Shown here: in pieces, positions 46,427 through 56,376 of the stretch
How positions within the stretch are numbered: the first letter of the stretch is position 1
Layout: each line of letters begins with the position of its first letter
Assembly: GCA_963760615.1 (NCBI GenBank)
Contig: CAVXDX010000004.1
Coordinates: forward strand, 64,001-128,000
Length of the DNA stretch: 64,000 nt
From: an uncultured Candidatus Micrarchaeota archaeon
Lineage (GTDB): Archaea; Micrarchaeota; Micrarchaeia; Burarchaeales; Fermentimicrarchaeaceae
Direction: 5' to 3'
Notes under the pieces: generated by a model
Database searches by the model: none
Seen by the model: the letters and a program-made list of their open reading frames with translations, nothing else
What the model was told of the DNA's origin: nothing
Position numbers and translations under genes: made by a program

Positions 46427-48454
46427 ATGAGGAAAGCCCAAAGCGCTATTGAGCTTCTTGTAATAATCTCGCTCGTCATGGTAGTGCTGCTCATAATCTT
46501 CGAGTTTGCCATGACTAAGATAAACGAGAGCATATCGATGTCGCAGACTTCTGAAGCCAGGAACACGGTTGACAGACTCGCAAGGGCGGTTGTTGAAGTC
46601 AGCAACGAGGGAGTTGGAGCGAGGAGAAAGATATACATAACAATACCAGACAGGGTGAACCCAAACAGAATAATCATAGCAAACACCACCATCACCATCG
46701 GAATCTATGTCCAGAATGGCACAAGCGACATAAGCGCTCCAACTAGCTTCCCGGTTGTGGGAGGGTCATACTTCCCTGCAACACCTGGCAGCTACTGGGT
46801 ATGGGTGGTGAGCAGGCAGGGCTATGTGCAGGTTGGAACCGCCCTTGAAGTATCCCCTCTGAGTGAGTATTTTGAGCTATTCCCCAGCAATTCCACCAGC
46901 GCAAACATCAGCATAACAAATAACGGCGTATCGCCTCTGAATGTGACCCTGAATCTAGCCTGGACGGATTCTGAAATCAGTGCAACAGTAAACGGCACAA
47001 GCAGTTTGAGTTTCAACCTCCCTGCAACCAGCTCCAGTGCCCAAGCTGTGGATCTCACTGTGGGAGCAAACCTCAATGCTTCACAGGGCTTGCACAGCGG
47101 CTATCTGAGCGTGACGACAAACATCTCAGAGAGCGAAATCATACCAATTGTCGTAAATGTGGTGAGCCCGCCTTACACTTCCACAGGGGTTTTATACCTG
47201 TCAATCGGCACATACAACGACAGCACATACGCAAATCCATCCACAAGTTTCATGGCGGCTGGGCCCACCAACGTAACCTATTACAAAGCCAGATCGTACA
47301 ACTCAACTGACGGGTTGGTCAACTCGAATGTTACAGTGAGAGTTTACAACACTACATCAGCTATTGTGAGCGAGCAAACATACCCTGCAAATAACGGGAC
47401 AGGTGTCTACATAGGAAATTACACTCTCCCCTCAACTGCGCCAACTGGCTCATGGAAAATAACAGCTTATGACATTGGAGGGGCTAGCGCAGCAATGTAC
47501 TTCACCGTCTTGCCATATTGGCTTACCGGTTGGCAGTACAGGAAAGCGCACAACATCACTGGCTCAACAGCGGGTGCTCAGACAGATTACCAGGTGCAGA
47601 TTATCGTCCAGAATGCTAGTGGGGCAGATAGCGGGAATATTGTCAATATCAACAATAAAATGAGAAGCGACTTTGGGGACATTAGGTTCACGAATAGCAG
47701 TGGCACTTTGTTGAACTACTGGATGGAAAACTACACCTCGGGAACGAATGCTACCTTCTGGGTTAAGGTCGATAGCATCCCAGCCTCATCAAATAATGCA
47801 ACAATTTACATTTACTATGGTAATAGTGGTGCAACAAACATAAGTAATGGAGATAATACATTTCTATTTTTTGACCATTTTGATAATCCAAACAATGCTC
47901 TGAATACAACTAAATGGACTACTTATAATTCTCCTACAGTTAGTGTTGCAAATAGTTGGGTAACTATTACTACTACAACAACAGGATGGAAAGCCATTCT
48001 CGGCACGACATCAATGCTTTATGGTAGATGGCGAAGTGTGGGGCAGATGCCAGAAAATACAAAATATGAAGAATTGGGTTTGGCAAAAGACTCTACAAGC
48101 TGGTCAGTTGGAACCAACACTTCAAGTTTTTATTGGACAACTGAACCGGGTACTCCCAGTTATAAGATTTATGTGGCAGACGCTACTACTTACAGTTATC
48201 CATCAATTACGTCTACAACTGATGTTCACATATTTGAACAATTATGGAAATCAGGAACCATAGCTTACTACATTGATGGAACTTTAAAATATACTGAGAC
48301 AACACATGTCCCGGCATCTACTCAAACTGCTCATGGTGCTGTTCATAGTGCTTCTGGAACTTCTACAAGTAAAATGGATTGGGTATTTCTCAGTAAATAC
48401 GTTGATCCAGAACCTTCTCATGGAGCATGGGGAAGCGAAGAGTCCTCGAGCTAG
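46427..48454 (+). CDS. Class III-signal pilin-like protein with a C-terminal DUF2341 domain
   Basis: MRKA|QSAIELL; WQYRK..ITG, DFGDIRF, LLNYWME, FWVKV, IYIYYGN, FLFFDHF. Confidence 0.85.
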   Translation: MRKAQSAIELLVIISLVMVVLLIIFEFAMTKINESISMSQTSEARNTVDRLARAVVEVSNEGVGARRKIYITIPDRVNPNRIIIANTTITIGIYVQNGTSDISAPTSFPVVGGSYFPATPGSYWVWVVSRQGYVQVGTALEVSPLSEYFELFPSNSTSANISITNNGVSPLNVTLNLAWTDSEISATVNGTSSLSFNLPATSSSAQAVDLTVGANLNASQGLHSGYLSVTTNISESEIIPIVVNVVSPPYTSTGVLYLSIGTYNDSTYANPSTSFMAAGPTNVTYYKARSYNSTDGLVNSNVTVRVYNTTSAIVSEQTYPANNGTGVYIGNYTLPSTAPTGSWKITAYDIGGASAAMYFTVLPYWLTGWQYRKAHNITGSTAGAQTDYQVQIIVQNASGADSGNIVNINNKMRSDFGDIRFTNSSGTLLNYWMENYTSGTNATFWVKVDSIPASSNNATIYIYYGNSGATNISNGDNTFLFFDHFDNPNNALNTTKWTTYNSPTVSVANSWVTITTTTTGWKAILGTTSMLYGRWRSVGQMPENTKYEELGLAKDSTSWSVGTNTSSFYWTTEPGTPSYKIYVADATTYSYPSITSTTDVHIFEQLWKSGTIAYYIDGTLKYTETTHVPASTQTAHGAVHSASGTSTSKMDWVFLSKYVDPEPSHGAWGSEESSS

Positions 48455-48513
48455 CGCATCTCACAGTATTGCATCTTTCTCTTTAGCGGTGCATAAGTAA
48501 TTTAAATAACAAA

Positions 48514-49596
48514 ATGCAATCCCAACCCATGTTCCGTAAAGGCCAGGAAGCGACTGAGCTGATTGTTCTGCTTGCAATGATTACCGTCGCGGGTCTGGTG
48601 ATATATTCAACAAGCCAGACAAACCTCGCCCAATCCCAGAGGACTCTCATCATCTCCCAGGCTAAAGCCGCAATCAGCGATCTCTCAAGTGCTGCATCTG
48701 AGGTTTATTCCGAGGGTGCTGGGGCGAGGAGAAAGGTTTACATCACCATACCCGAAGGGGTGGACTCCAGCGGGGTCTATGTGAACAACACAATGATAAA
48801 CATCAGGGTTACATCAAGCTCAGGCTCAACTGACATAAACACCCAAACTTCAATGAGAGTTGTTCAGGGCGCTGATTTCCCCACAACACCTGGCAGCTAC
48901 TGGGTGTACGTAACTGCAAAACAGGGCTATGTCCTTATAGGCAGCTCATACATTAGCATAAACCCATCATCCCTCTCCATCTCGATGCCGCAATCCAATT
49001 CAACGAGCGGCGTAATTTCATTCACCAATATAGGAACGTTCCCAGTAGCCGTGACTCTATCATCTCAATGGTCCTATGGCGGAACTGTTAACGTCACCCT
49101 CAACACAACATATTTCGTTCTGTTCCCCTCAGGCACAGAGAATACGGTCAATTTGCTCGTCACAGCTCAGACATATTCCAACACGTCCCTCCAATCCTAC
49201 TCCGGTAGCATCCTAGCCACAACAAACACAACTGAAACAGACACAATCAACTTGAATGTGAACGTTATCGGAACTCAGGTGCCGACAGGTGTGTCCTATA
49301 TTGTCGTAGACACCTTCAGGAACAGCAGCTACTCTACACCTTCAACCAATTTCACCCTGCCGGCAATAGTGAACATAACCGGCTCCGGCTGGAGTTCTGG
49401 TGCGGTAACTCTGAATATAACAAATCCATCAGGAAGTTCAGTGAGCGGCTACCCAACTACTGTTACAGCAAACAGTTCCGGTGGCTTTAACTCCACCTGG
49501 AACCCTGCTGGGAATACGCCTGGCAATTATACGCTGGGTGCCAACCAGTCAGGCGCAACTGCCAGCACGTCATTCAATATTACAGGATGTCCATAA
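48514..49596 (+). CDS. Class III-signal pilin-like protein, paralogue of the preceding gene
   Basis: RKG|QEATELI; shared SEGAGARRKVYITIP and FPTTPGSYWV; 22-bp identical DNA CAACACCTGGCAGCTACTGGGT. Confidence 0.85.
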   Translation: MQSQPMFRKGQEATELIVLLAMITVAGLVIYSTSQTNLAQSQRTLIISQAKAAISDLSSAASEVYSEGAGARRKVYITIPEGVDSSGVYVNNTMINIRVTSSSGSTDINTQTSMRVVQGADFPTTPGSYWVYVTAKQGYVLIGSSYISINPSSLSISMPQSNSTSGVISFTNIGTFPVAVTLSSQWSYGGTVNVTLNTTYFVLFPSGTENTVNLLVTAQTYSNTSLQSYSGSILATTNTTETDTINLNVNVIGTQVPTGVSYIVVDTFRNSSYSTPSTNFTLPAIVNITGSGWSSGAVTLNITNPSGSSVSGYPTTVTANSSGGFNSTWNPAGNTPGNYTLGANQSGATASTSFNITGCP

Positions 49597-49678
49597 TGGT
49601 TTCATAAAAGAGAGAGAATATGAAAGATAGTTGCCCCAGGACATTGATATTACCTAATGTGATGAAATAGGGATTCAA

Positions 49679-49948
49679 ATGAGAGGAAAAACGATACTAT
49701 CAAAAGGCATTCTGATTTTGCTATTTTTAATCAGTGAGGCTTATGCTTCAACATACAAGGAATGCTCCGCATACTACTGCGGTTATTATTCCGGCACAGG
49801 TAGTACATGCCCTTCAATTACAACCTATTGCAATGCTAGTAAATATTGCAGTGGTAGTCAGGCATGTGCGACTCCTGGTTCGGCTACCCTGACTGGCAGG
49901 GATGTCAAGGCATTAACATTCAAAATAAACAACGGGGCGAAGGCATGA
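49679..49948 (+). CDS. Small secreted Cys-rich protein
   Basis: Signal peptide plus CGYYSGT..TC..TTYC..KYCSG..C unit. Confidence 0.6.
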   Translation: MRGKTILSKGILILLFLISEAYASTYKECSAYYCGYYSGTGSTCPSITTYCNASKYCSGSQACATPGSATLTGRDVKALTFKINNGAKA

Positions 49949-52545
49949 AGCTCAACTGGGGCATCATCGGTCTGCTTTTCCTGTTCCTAATCTGCATCAT
50001 GGCTCAAGCACCTCAGGCGACCAACTATTATCTATGTTACAACTACTGCACCCTTAAAAGAGGAACGACAACTGCCTGTTCATCAACCACGACATACTGC
50101 ACTTCAAGCCAGTACTGTTCTGGTGGCGACACCTGCTGGACTGGGGTGGCTTCATGCACAGTTGGTGCTTGTGCTTATTGTGGTGCTTGCAATGGTGCAG
50201 GCACTTGTATTGCCGCCACCTGCGGTAACCAGGCAAGTGGGGGACAGGGAGGGTGTAGTGGAACCAATTACTGTGATGGAACTGGGACAACCTCAAGTGC
50301 ATGCAAGGCAAAGGGAGGGACAGGTGCAACTTGCTGTGCGAATGGTGCGTGCCTTTCAAACATATGTTCAGGTGGGTATTGTTTAGCCGCATACCAATCT
50401 GGAACGAATAAGTGCGGTTATTACACAGGCACTTCCTCATCCTGCGGTTCGGCAAACACATGGTGTGGAGCAGGGAAGTATCTCTCAACTACCCAATCCT
50501 GCGGAAGTGGTGTGCTTTCCTGCACTTCTGAAACATCTGCGAATTCCTGCAATGTGTGCGGGGACTGTGCAGTGAGTGCGGACACCTGCAATGCAGTATC
50601 CTGTGGAACAACAAATTCTTATGGTTGTGGTTCAGGGAATTATTGCAGTGGTGGTATAGGAACTGGTAGCTGTAATGCCCCCTTTGCTCTCGGTCAAGCC
50701 TGCAACTGCACCCTGCAATGTGCGTCACCAAATACCTGTGTCAGTAATTTATGCGCTTCAGCATCAACACCAGCAGTTATCACGATAACCTTGAACTATC
50801 CAAACGACAACGTATGGAACACGACAACAAAGACGATAACCCACTATTATACTCCGTCAATAACTGGAACAAACGCAGGTTATCTCAACTGCACTTTATA
50901 CACAAACTACACTGGGAGTTGGGCGATGACTGCAGGAAATTCAACACCGATAACAAACAATGCTCTAAACTCAATCCAATATACCTATGCTGCCGACAAA
51001 GCAAATATACAATGGAACATCTACTGCTGGAACGCATCAGGAAGTCCCTCTAATTACTCCGCAACCAACAGAACAATAAAAATAGACACCGCTTTGCCTA
51101 CAACAACGGCATCAGCAGTGAAGAACGACAGCGCTTCTTATACTTTCGGGCAATGGACTAATTCATCTTATGTCAATGTGACTCTTTCATGCTCTGATGC
51201 AACGGCACAATGTTTGATAACGAAGTATTGCACAGATGCTACCAACACCTGCGACCCGAAAACTGGGACTACCTATACTGCGCCAGTTCAAATCTCTACC
51301 CCAGGAACTTCGTATATTAGATACAACTCCACTGATAATGCTGGAAATATTGAAACGGTAAACAGCAAAACCATAATGATAGACACCACTGCGCCTACAA
51401 CAACTGCATCTGCAGTGAAGAACGACAGTGCAGCATATACCTGGGGCAGTTGGACAAATTCAACTTATGTTAATGTCACCCTGTCGTGTGCGGATACTGG
51501 GGGAAGCGGATGCAGTGTCACAAACTACTGCAATGCATCTACTAACGACTGCACACCATCCACGCCCTACTCCTCTGCAGTTCAGATAAATGTGCAGGGA
51601 ACTTCATACTTCAGGTATAACAGCACGGATACGATATCTAATAATGAGGCGGTAAACAGCAAAACCATAATGGTAGATTCGGTTCCGCCCTCTCAAGTGA
51701 TGAACCTCATAAATTCCTCTACAGGGACCACGTGGGTGAATATAAGCTGGACTGCATCTACTGACACAGGGGGTTCTGGAATCAACACATACCTAATCTG
51801 GAGGAATGAGACAAACGTAGCAAATACCACAAATGTGTACTACAATGACAGCGGCCTATCCGCTGGAGCAACATACAACTATACTGTGGGAGCGATAGAT
51901 AACGCAGGCAACTATGGCCAAAACAGCTCGAACCTTATAGTCACTCTGTTTAACATTTCAACAAGCCTCACACAGAGCGCAGCTCCGTCAAGCCCTCAGT
52001 TGCCTAGCACGAATGTAACCTTCAACTGCAACTACTCCAATGCTGCTGACAATTCAGCAATAACTGGTGCAACTGTCTATCTGAACTTAAACGCAGTAAA
52101 CTACTCAGCAACTTACAACTCATCCAGTACAAATTATACATACTGGAATAATAGCATGCCCAATGGGGGCAACACATGGTATTGCATAGCCAACAAAACA
52201 AACTACCAGTCGCAGACAGGTGCTTCGCAGGGCTACACAATAACCCTCGGGACTACGCTAAGTACAGATGCTTCAACCTACTCAGGCTGTGGGGCTGTCT
52301 TCTACAGGGTGAGCTTATACGATCAAAACTCCCGGCTGACCAACTCCTATATCACAACCACCTTCGTCTACCCCGACTCTTCAACTGCCTTCACCCAGTC
52401 CTCACTATATCCGAACAATGGGACTGGCGTGTATACCGGAGTCTATCAACTGAACTCAACCTCCCCAGTCGGCACATGGCTGCTGAAAATAGTTGAAAAT
52501 TTTGGAGTGATTGCTGGGAAGAACTTCTTTGTGAGCTCAACCTGA
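49945..52545 (+). CDS. Large secreted surface protein with a Cys-rich N-terminus and tandem Ig/FN3-like repeats
   Basis: MKLNWGIIG signal; about 270 aa Cys/Gly/Thr-rich; two ~100-aa DTxxPTTTASAVKNDS repeats; FN3-like DSVPPSQVMNL...YNYTVGAID. Confidence 0.85.
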   Translation: MKLNWGIIGLLFLFLICIMAQAPQATNYYLCYNYCTLKRGTTTACSSTTTYCTSSQYCSGGDTCWTGVASCTVGACAYCGACNGAGTCIAATCGNQASGGQGGCSGTNYCDGTGTTSSACKAKGGTGATCCANGACLSNICSGGYCLAAYQSGTNKCGYYTGTSSSCGSANTWCGAGKYLSTTQSCGSGVLSCTSETSANSCNVCGDCAVSADTCNAVSCGTTNSYGCGSGNYCSGGIGTGSCNAPFALGQACNCTLQCASPNTCVSNLCASASTPAVITITLNYPNDNVWNTTTKTITHYYTPSITGTNAGYLNCTLYTNYTGSWAMTAGNSTPITNNALNSIQYTYAADKANIQWNIYCWNASGSPSNYSATNRTIKIDTALPTTTASAVKNDSASYTFGQWTNSSYVNVTLSCSDATAQCLITKYCTDATNTCDPKTGTTYTAPVQISTPGTSYIRYNSTDNAGNIETVNSKTIMIDTTAPTTTASAVKNDSAAYTWGSWTNSTYVNVTLSCADTGGSGCSVTNYCNASTNDCTPSTPYSSAVQINVQGTSYFRYNSTDTISNNEAVNSKTIMVDSVPPSQVMNLINSSTGTTWVNISWTASTDTGGSGINTYLIWRNETNVANTTNVYYNDSGLSAGATYNYTVGAIDNAGNYGQNSSNLIVTLFNISTSLTQSAAPSSPQLPSTNVTFNCNYSNAADNSAITGATVYLNLNAVNYSATYNSSSTNYTYWNNSMPNGGNTWYCIANKTNYQSQTGASQGYTITLGTTLSTDASTYSGCGAVFYRVSLYDQNSRLTNSYITTTFVYPDSSTAFTQSSLYPNNGTGVYTGVYQLNSTSPVGTWLLKIVENFGVIAGKNFFVSST

Positions 52546-52603
52546 AGCATATGAATGGTGCAACACAACTACATTTTAATATCTGAACCAATAAACTATC
52601 CTT

Positions 52604-53050
52604 ATGCAGAGGGGGCAGATAAGTTTTGATTTCCTCGTAATACTCGTATTCACTTTCCTAATATTCGCGCAACTGTTTGAAGTGTTCGCGCTGGAGAGCG
52701 CATCGGATAGGATACTCGAGGACAAGATAAGTGCGGTGAGAGTAGGCAGTATGGTCTCAAGAGTTATAAATGAAGTTTCAATGGTAAATGGGACGAGCTA
52801 TCTTGTAGCCATACCAGGAAGCTTGGACACAGGAGATGCCTATTATCTTAATGTAACGCCATCTGGGAGAAGGGTGGACGTGTTCTGGTCCCTTTCAGTG
52901 CCCATTTCAGTGCAGAACAGAAGCATAGGTGTCGCGATTCTAACGGGCAATGTAACCGCATTCAACATATCCAAGTCCGCAGGCTCGGGCCAGTCCATAC
53001 TTAACATAACAAATATTAATGGATTAATAAATATCTCGAATATTTCCTAG
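52604..53050 (+). CDS. Class III-signal pilin-like protein
   Basis: MQRG|QISFDFLVILV. Confidence 0.8.
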   Translation: MQRGQISFDFLVILVFTFLIFAQLFEVFALESASDRILEDKISAVRVGSMVSRVINEVSMVNGTSYLVAIPGSLDTGDAYYLNVTPSGRRVDVFWSLSVPISVQNRSIGVAILTGNVTAFNISKSAGSGQSILNITNINGLINISNIS

Positions 53051-53061
53051 TGAGTTGGAAC

Positions 53062-54267
53062 ATGAGAAAGGCACAGTTGTTCAGCGAGGATATAATCTTT
53101 GCAATAGTTCTAGTGATATTCATATTCTCCTTATGGCTTTCAATGCGCGACAGGGTCCAAAGCATGATTTCAACTAGTGAAGACAAGAGGGAGATAGACG
53201 AAGCTGCCTCGAGTGCCATGAGCCAGTTGGTGGAAAGCGATGGAGTGCCCCCCAACTGGAATATGCTAACCCCCATAAATGAAACGACTGTTGGGAGCAT
53301 AGGGCTGGCTAACGGCAGGAATGTGCTCGACTCAGGAAAGGTTGCTAAGTTCGTGAGGCTGCTGGGAGGGCATGCTAATGCGTCAACCCTGGCCGCCCTC
53401 TGGCATCTTGATGAGGGAACAGGCACAGCAGTCTACGACAGCTCTGGGAATGGGAATAACGGCAGTTTTTGGAATAGTCCAAGTTGGGTTACTGGGAAAT
53501 TTGGGTATGGAGTTCAATTCACGCAAACAAGCTTGCAGTATATAAATGCTGGCAATTCCAGCAGTCTAAGCATAACTGGCAACTTCACTATAGAGCTCTG
53601 GTTCAGCCAGCCAGTAGCATCAGCAAGTTCTTTTGGTGCATGGTTGCTGAATAAAGGAGGTAACAACTACTACGACAGCAACTACCAGCTTTGGCTGGTA
53701 TGGGTAGGTTCAGACGTTAAAATAAGAGGGAGCATAGCGAATGGGACAGATTCCTGGAACACTACTGGCGTAACATCGGTTCAGTCCAACACATGGTATC
53801 ATGTCGCCTTCACTGGAGATGGATCAAACCTGAGAATATACGTAAATGGTGCGCTGGAGAACACCACACCATACAGCATAACTCCCGCCGCCAACACTGC
53901 GAATTTGTATATCGGCTCAAGAAGCACTTCCGTTCTATTTGTTTTCAGCGGCACAATTGATGAAGTTGCAATCTACTCAAGGGTGAAGTCAGCAGATGAG
54001 ATAGCAGCGGATTATAATGACGAGATAGCATCAGACGCCGACTACACAGCTATGGCGAAATTTTTGGGGCTGAACAGGCAGAGCTATGGGTTCAACTTCA
54101 CTGTAACCTCCTTGAGCGGAAATACCTTATACAGTGCGAATTATACCCCCCCAATCACCTCATATAATGCAAGCTATGCGGCTGTCAACAACACCGCATT
54201 CATAGAGAGGTTCGCACTGTTAAATAACTCGCTGGTAAAACTTACTCTGGGTGTCTGGGTTGGGTAA
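53062..54267 (+). CDS. Pilin-like protein with an inserted LamG domain
   Basis: MRKA|QLFSED; LWHLDEGTG..YDSSG, FTIELWF, NTWYHVAF, YVNG, FSGTIDEVAIY. Confidence 0.85.
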   Translation: MRKAQLFSEDIIFAIVLVIFIFSLWLSMRDRVQSMISTSEDKREIDEAASSAMSQLVESDGVPPNWNMLTPINETTVGSIGLANGRNVLDSGKVAKFVRLLGGHANASTLAALWHLDEGTGTAVYDSSGNGNNGSFWNSPSWVTGKFGYGVQFTQTSLQYINAGNSSSLSITGNFTIELWFSQPVASASSFGAWLLNKGGNNYYDSNYQLWLVWVGSDVKIRGSIANGTDSWNTTGVTSVQSNTWYHVAFTGDGSNLRIYVNGALENTTPYSITPAANTANLYIGSRSTSVLFVFSGTIDEVAIYSRVKSADEIAADYNDEIASDADYTAMAKFLGLNRQSYGFNFTVTSLSGNTLYSANYTPPITSYNASYAAVNNTAFIERFALLNNSLVKLTLGVWVG

Positions 54268-54676
54268 AGCATTCATATTCACACTGGATGCAATTCTCGC
54301 AATAATAGTATGTTCCATTCTATTCGTTTTGACCTACTATATCCTCACAAAGTTCCAGTATTCCGTGGTGAGGAACACAGAACTTGATGATGTATCCTCC
54401 GATGTTCTCGCCTCTCTAGAGAAAAACCACACCTTGCAGAATTCAATCTACTACTCGCGCACATCAGATATACGCCAAGTCCTGAATAACCTATCCTCAA
54501 CAGTATGCTCCAGCATGGTAATCTACTCCTCCCAGAATGCCCCCCTGCTGATGGCACAGCGGACAGACTGCAACTGCACAGGGAGCCGCTCGCTTATTGT
54601 GAGGAGTTTTGTCATACCAAATAGCAACGGAACCCTTTCGGAATACATGGCAAAAATGGAGGCGTGCTACCGATGA
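54251..54676 (+). CDS. Class III-signal pilin-like protein
   Basis: GKA|FIFTLDAILA. Confidence 0.75.
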   Translation: MSGLGKAFIFTLDAILAIIVCSILFVLTYYILTKFQYSVVRNTELDDVSSDVLASLEKNHTLQNSIYYSRTSDIRQVLNNLSSTVCSSMVIYSSQNAPLLMAQRTDCNCTGSRSLIVRSFVIPNSNGTLSEYMAKMEACYR

Positions 54677-56352
54677 AAAAAGCATTCCTGTTCTCAGTGA
54701 TCTTCGTACTGCTTTTCACAGTTTTGCTAATCTTTTCAGTTTTCTACATAAACATGTTGCAGATGAACGAGCTGAATCTCGCTCAGGCAAGGAATATAAC
54801 GAAGGTGGCGTACGCAATGGATGATGTAAGAAGCGACATGCTTGATTACCTGCAGCTTTCAGTGAATATAAGCAGCAACTCTACTAATACAATCCTGAGC
54901 ATATCGGATGTTCTTCCCTCACCCTATGGCAACCCCGCCAACGAGCTCAGCAACTACAGAAGCTTCATAAATGGAACATACGCAAACCAGACAAATCTCA
55001 TCAACTCCTCAAATATCTCCGTTATCTCCCTGAACACCACGGCTTTCGAGAGCGCTCCTTCAATTCAGTTCATCAATTCAAACTCTTCTCTGAATTTGAA
55101 CTATTCGTACACCAACCTGAGCAAGAATGAGCTTATAGTCAACGGCTCTACCCTACTGACAAATTATTCCATAAGCATAACTCTGAATTCAAGCTGCTTG
55201 AACAGCAACTGTTCAAATGCAACGTGGGCTGGAGGACCGCCGAATGTTGACAGCTCCACGCTAGGGCTCTGGCATTTCGACGAGGGAAGCGGGAGCTATG
55301 CTTACGACAGCTCCGGGAATGGAAACACGTGTACTTTCGCAGCGAATACATGGACTACCGGGAGGTTCGGGGGAGGCGCGTCACCGGTTTTTGGTCAGTC
55401 TTTTTATGTAAGTGATTCTAGTAGCTTGGACAGAGTTGGAAGCCACACAATAGAACTCTGGTTTAAAATAACTACGTTCGGTATCACTTATTATCTCGTG
55501 AGCAAAGATACGATCGGCGGCGTTACTACCACTGACTATTCAATAAGTATAGATTCAAGTACAAACAAAATTCGCGGCACCGTAGCAAATGGCACAAGCT
55601 CTGCATTCGTACTAAGCACCAATCCAGTCCAGGCTAATACCTGGTATCATGTAGCTTTCGTTGTGAATGGGACAAACTTGACGCTTTACACAAATGGAGT
55701 GCTGGACAACATAACCAGTGAGACAGTTACTCCTCTTCCCAACTCAAACAAATTATACCTCGGTTCTCCATACGGTGGTGGCTTGCCGTTCCCTGGAACA
55801 ATTGATGAACTTGCAATCTACTCAAGGGCAAAGTCAGCAGATGAGATAGCTGCAGATGCCAACCTCTTCCACTGGGACTGGAGCCCTATCGCAATGACGA
55901 ATAATTTGTCTGCGGCATGGCATTTCGACGAGGGAAGCGGTAACCTCACCTACGACTCGTCTGCAAATAATAATACTGGAGGGTTTACTGGAACTCAAAT
56001 TGCAGTGCTGCTTCCCAGCAGCGTGAATAAGGCGTATGGAATAAACTCCACATCAACTGACAATCCATTCATTGCAACGACAGAACTGAACTATTCAAAT
56101 GTCAATGCAAGCGATGGCATATCCGAAACTGTAAACGCTTCGTATACTAACACATGGGGAAGTAGCTGCCAGGCTTCTGGAAGTTGCAGCTGCGCTGGTG
56201 ATTCCGGCGACTGCTTTGCTCCAGGAGTCTGCGAGAATATAGCTGGCTGCATCGCCAGCTGTTCCTCAGCTGTGAATGCCTCTGTGAGCAACACATGCGC
56301 AGCAGCTGGATCTGACTGTGCGCTATCATGCCCAGAAGGATGCCAAGGCTGA
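54673..56352 (+). CDS. Pilin-like protein with one LamG domain, the first strands of a second LamG, and a Cys-rich tail
   Basis: MKKA|FLFSV; LWHFDEG...TIDELAIY; second AAWHFDEGSG...NNTGGFTG is cut short. Confidence 0.8.
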   Translation: MKKAFLFSVIFVLLFTVLLIFSVFYINMLQMNELNLAQARNITKVAYAMDDVRSDMLDYLQLSVNISSNSTNTILSISDVLPSPYGNPANELSNYRSFINGTYANQTNLINSSNISVISLNTTAFESAPSIQFINSNSSLNLNYSYTNLSKNELIVNGSTLLTNYSISITLNSSCLNSNCSNATWAGGPPNVDSSTLGLWHFDEGSGSYAYDSSGNGNTCTFAANTWTTGRFGGGASPVFGQSFYVSDSSSLDRVGSHTIELWFKITTFGITYYLVSKDTIGGVTTTDYSISIDSSTNKIRGTVANGTSSAFVLSTNPVQANTWYHVAFVVNGTNLTLYTNGVLDNITSETVTPLPNSNKLYLGSPYGGGLPFPGTIDELAIYSRAKSADEIAADANLFHWDWSPIAMTNNLSAAWHFDEGSGNLTYDSSANNNTGGFTGTQIAVLLPSSVNKAYGINSTSTDNPFIATTELNYSNVNASDGISETVNASYTNTWGSSCQASGSCSCAGDSGDCFAPGVCENIAGCIASCSSAVNASVSNTCAAAGSDCALSCPEGCQG

Positions 56353-56376
56353 TGACTGAATTTTAAGAGTGAAAAA

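Noticed and set aside
51080-51680. Tandem ~300-bp repeat as a mobile or CRISPR-like array
   Set aside because: It is an in-frame duplication of an Ig-like domain within the adhesin gene.
56350-56376. Selenocysteine or stop-codon readthrough at the tandem TGA
   Set aside because: The downstream ORF has its own signal peptide, no SECIS was seen, and other genes here use TGA as a normal stop.
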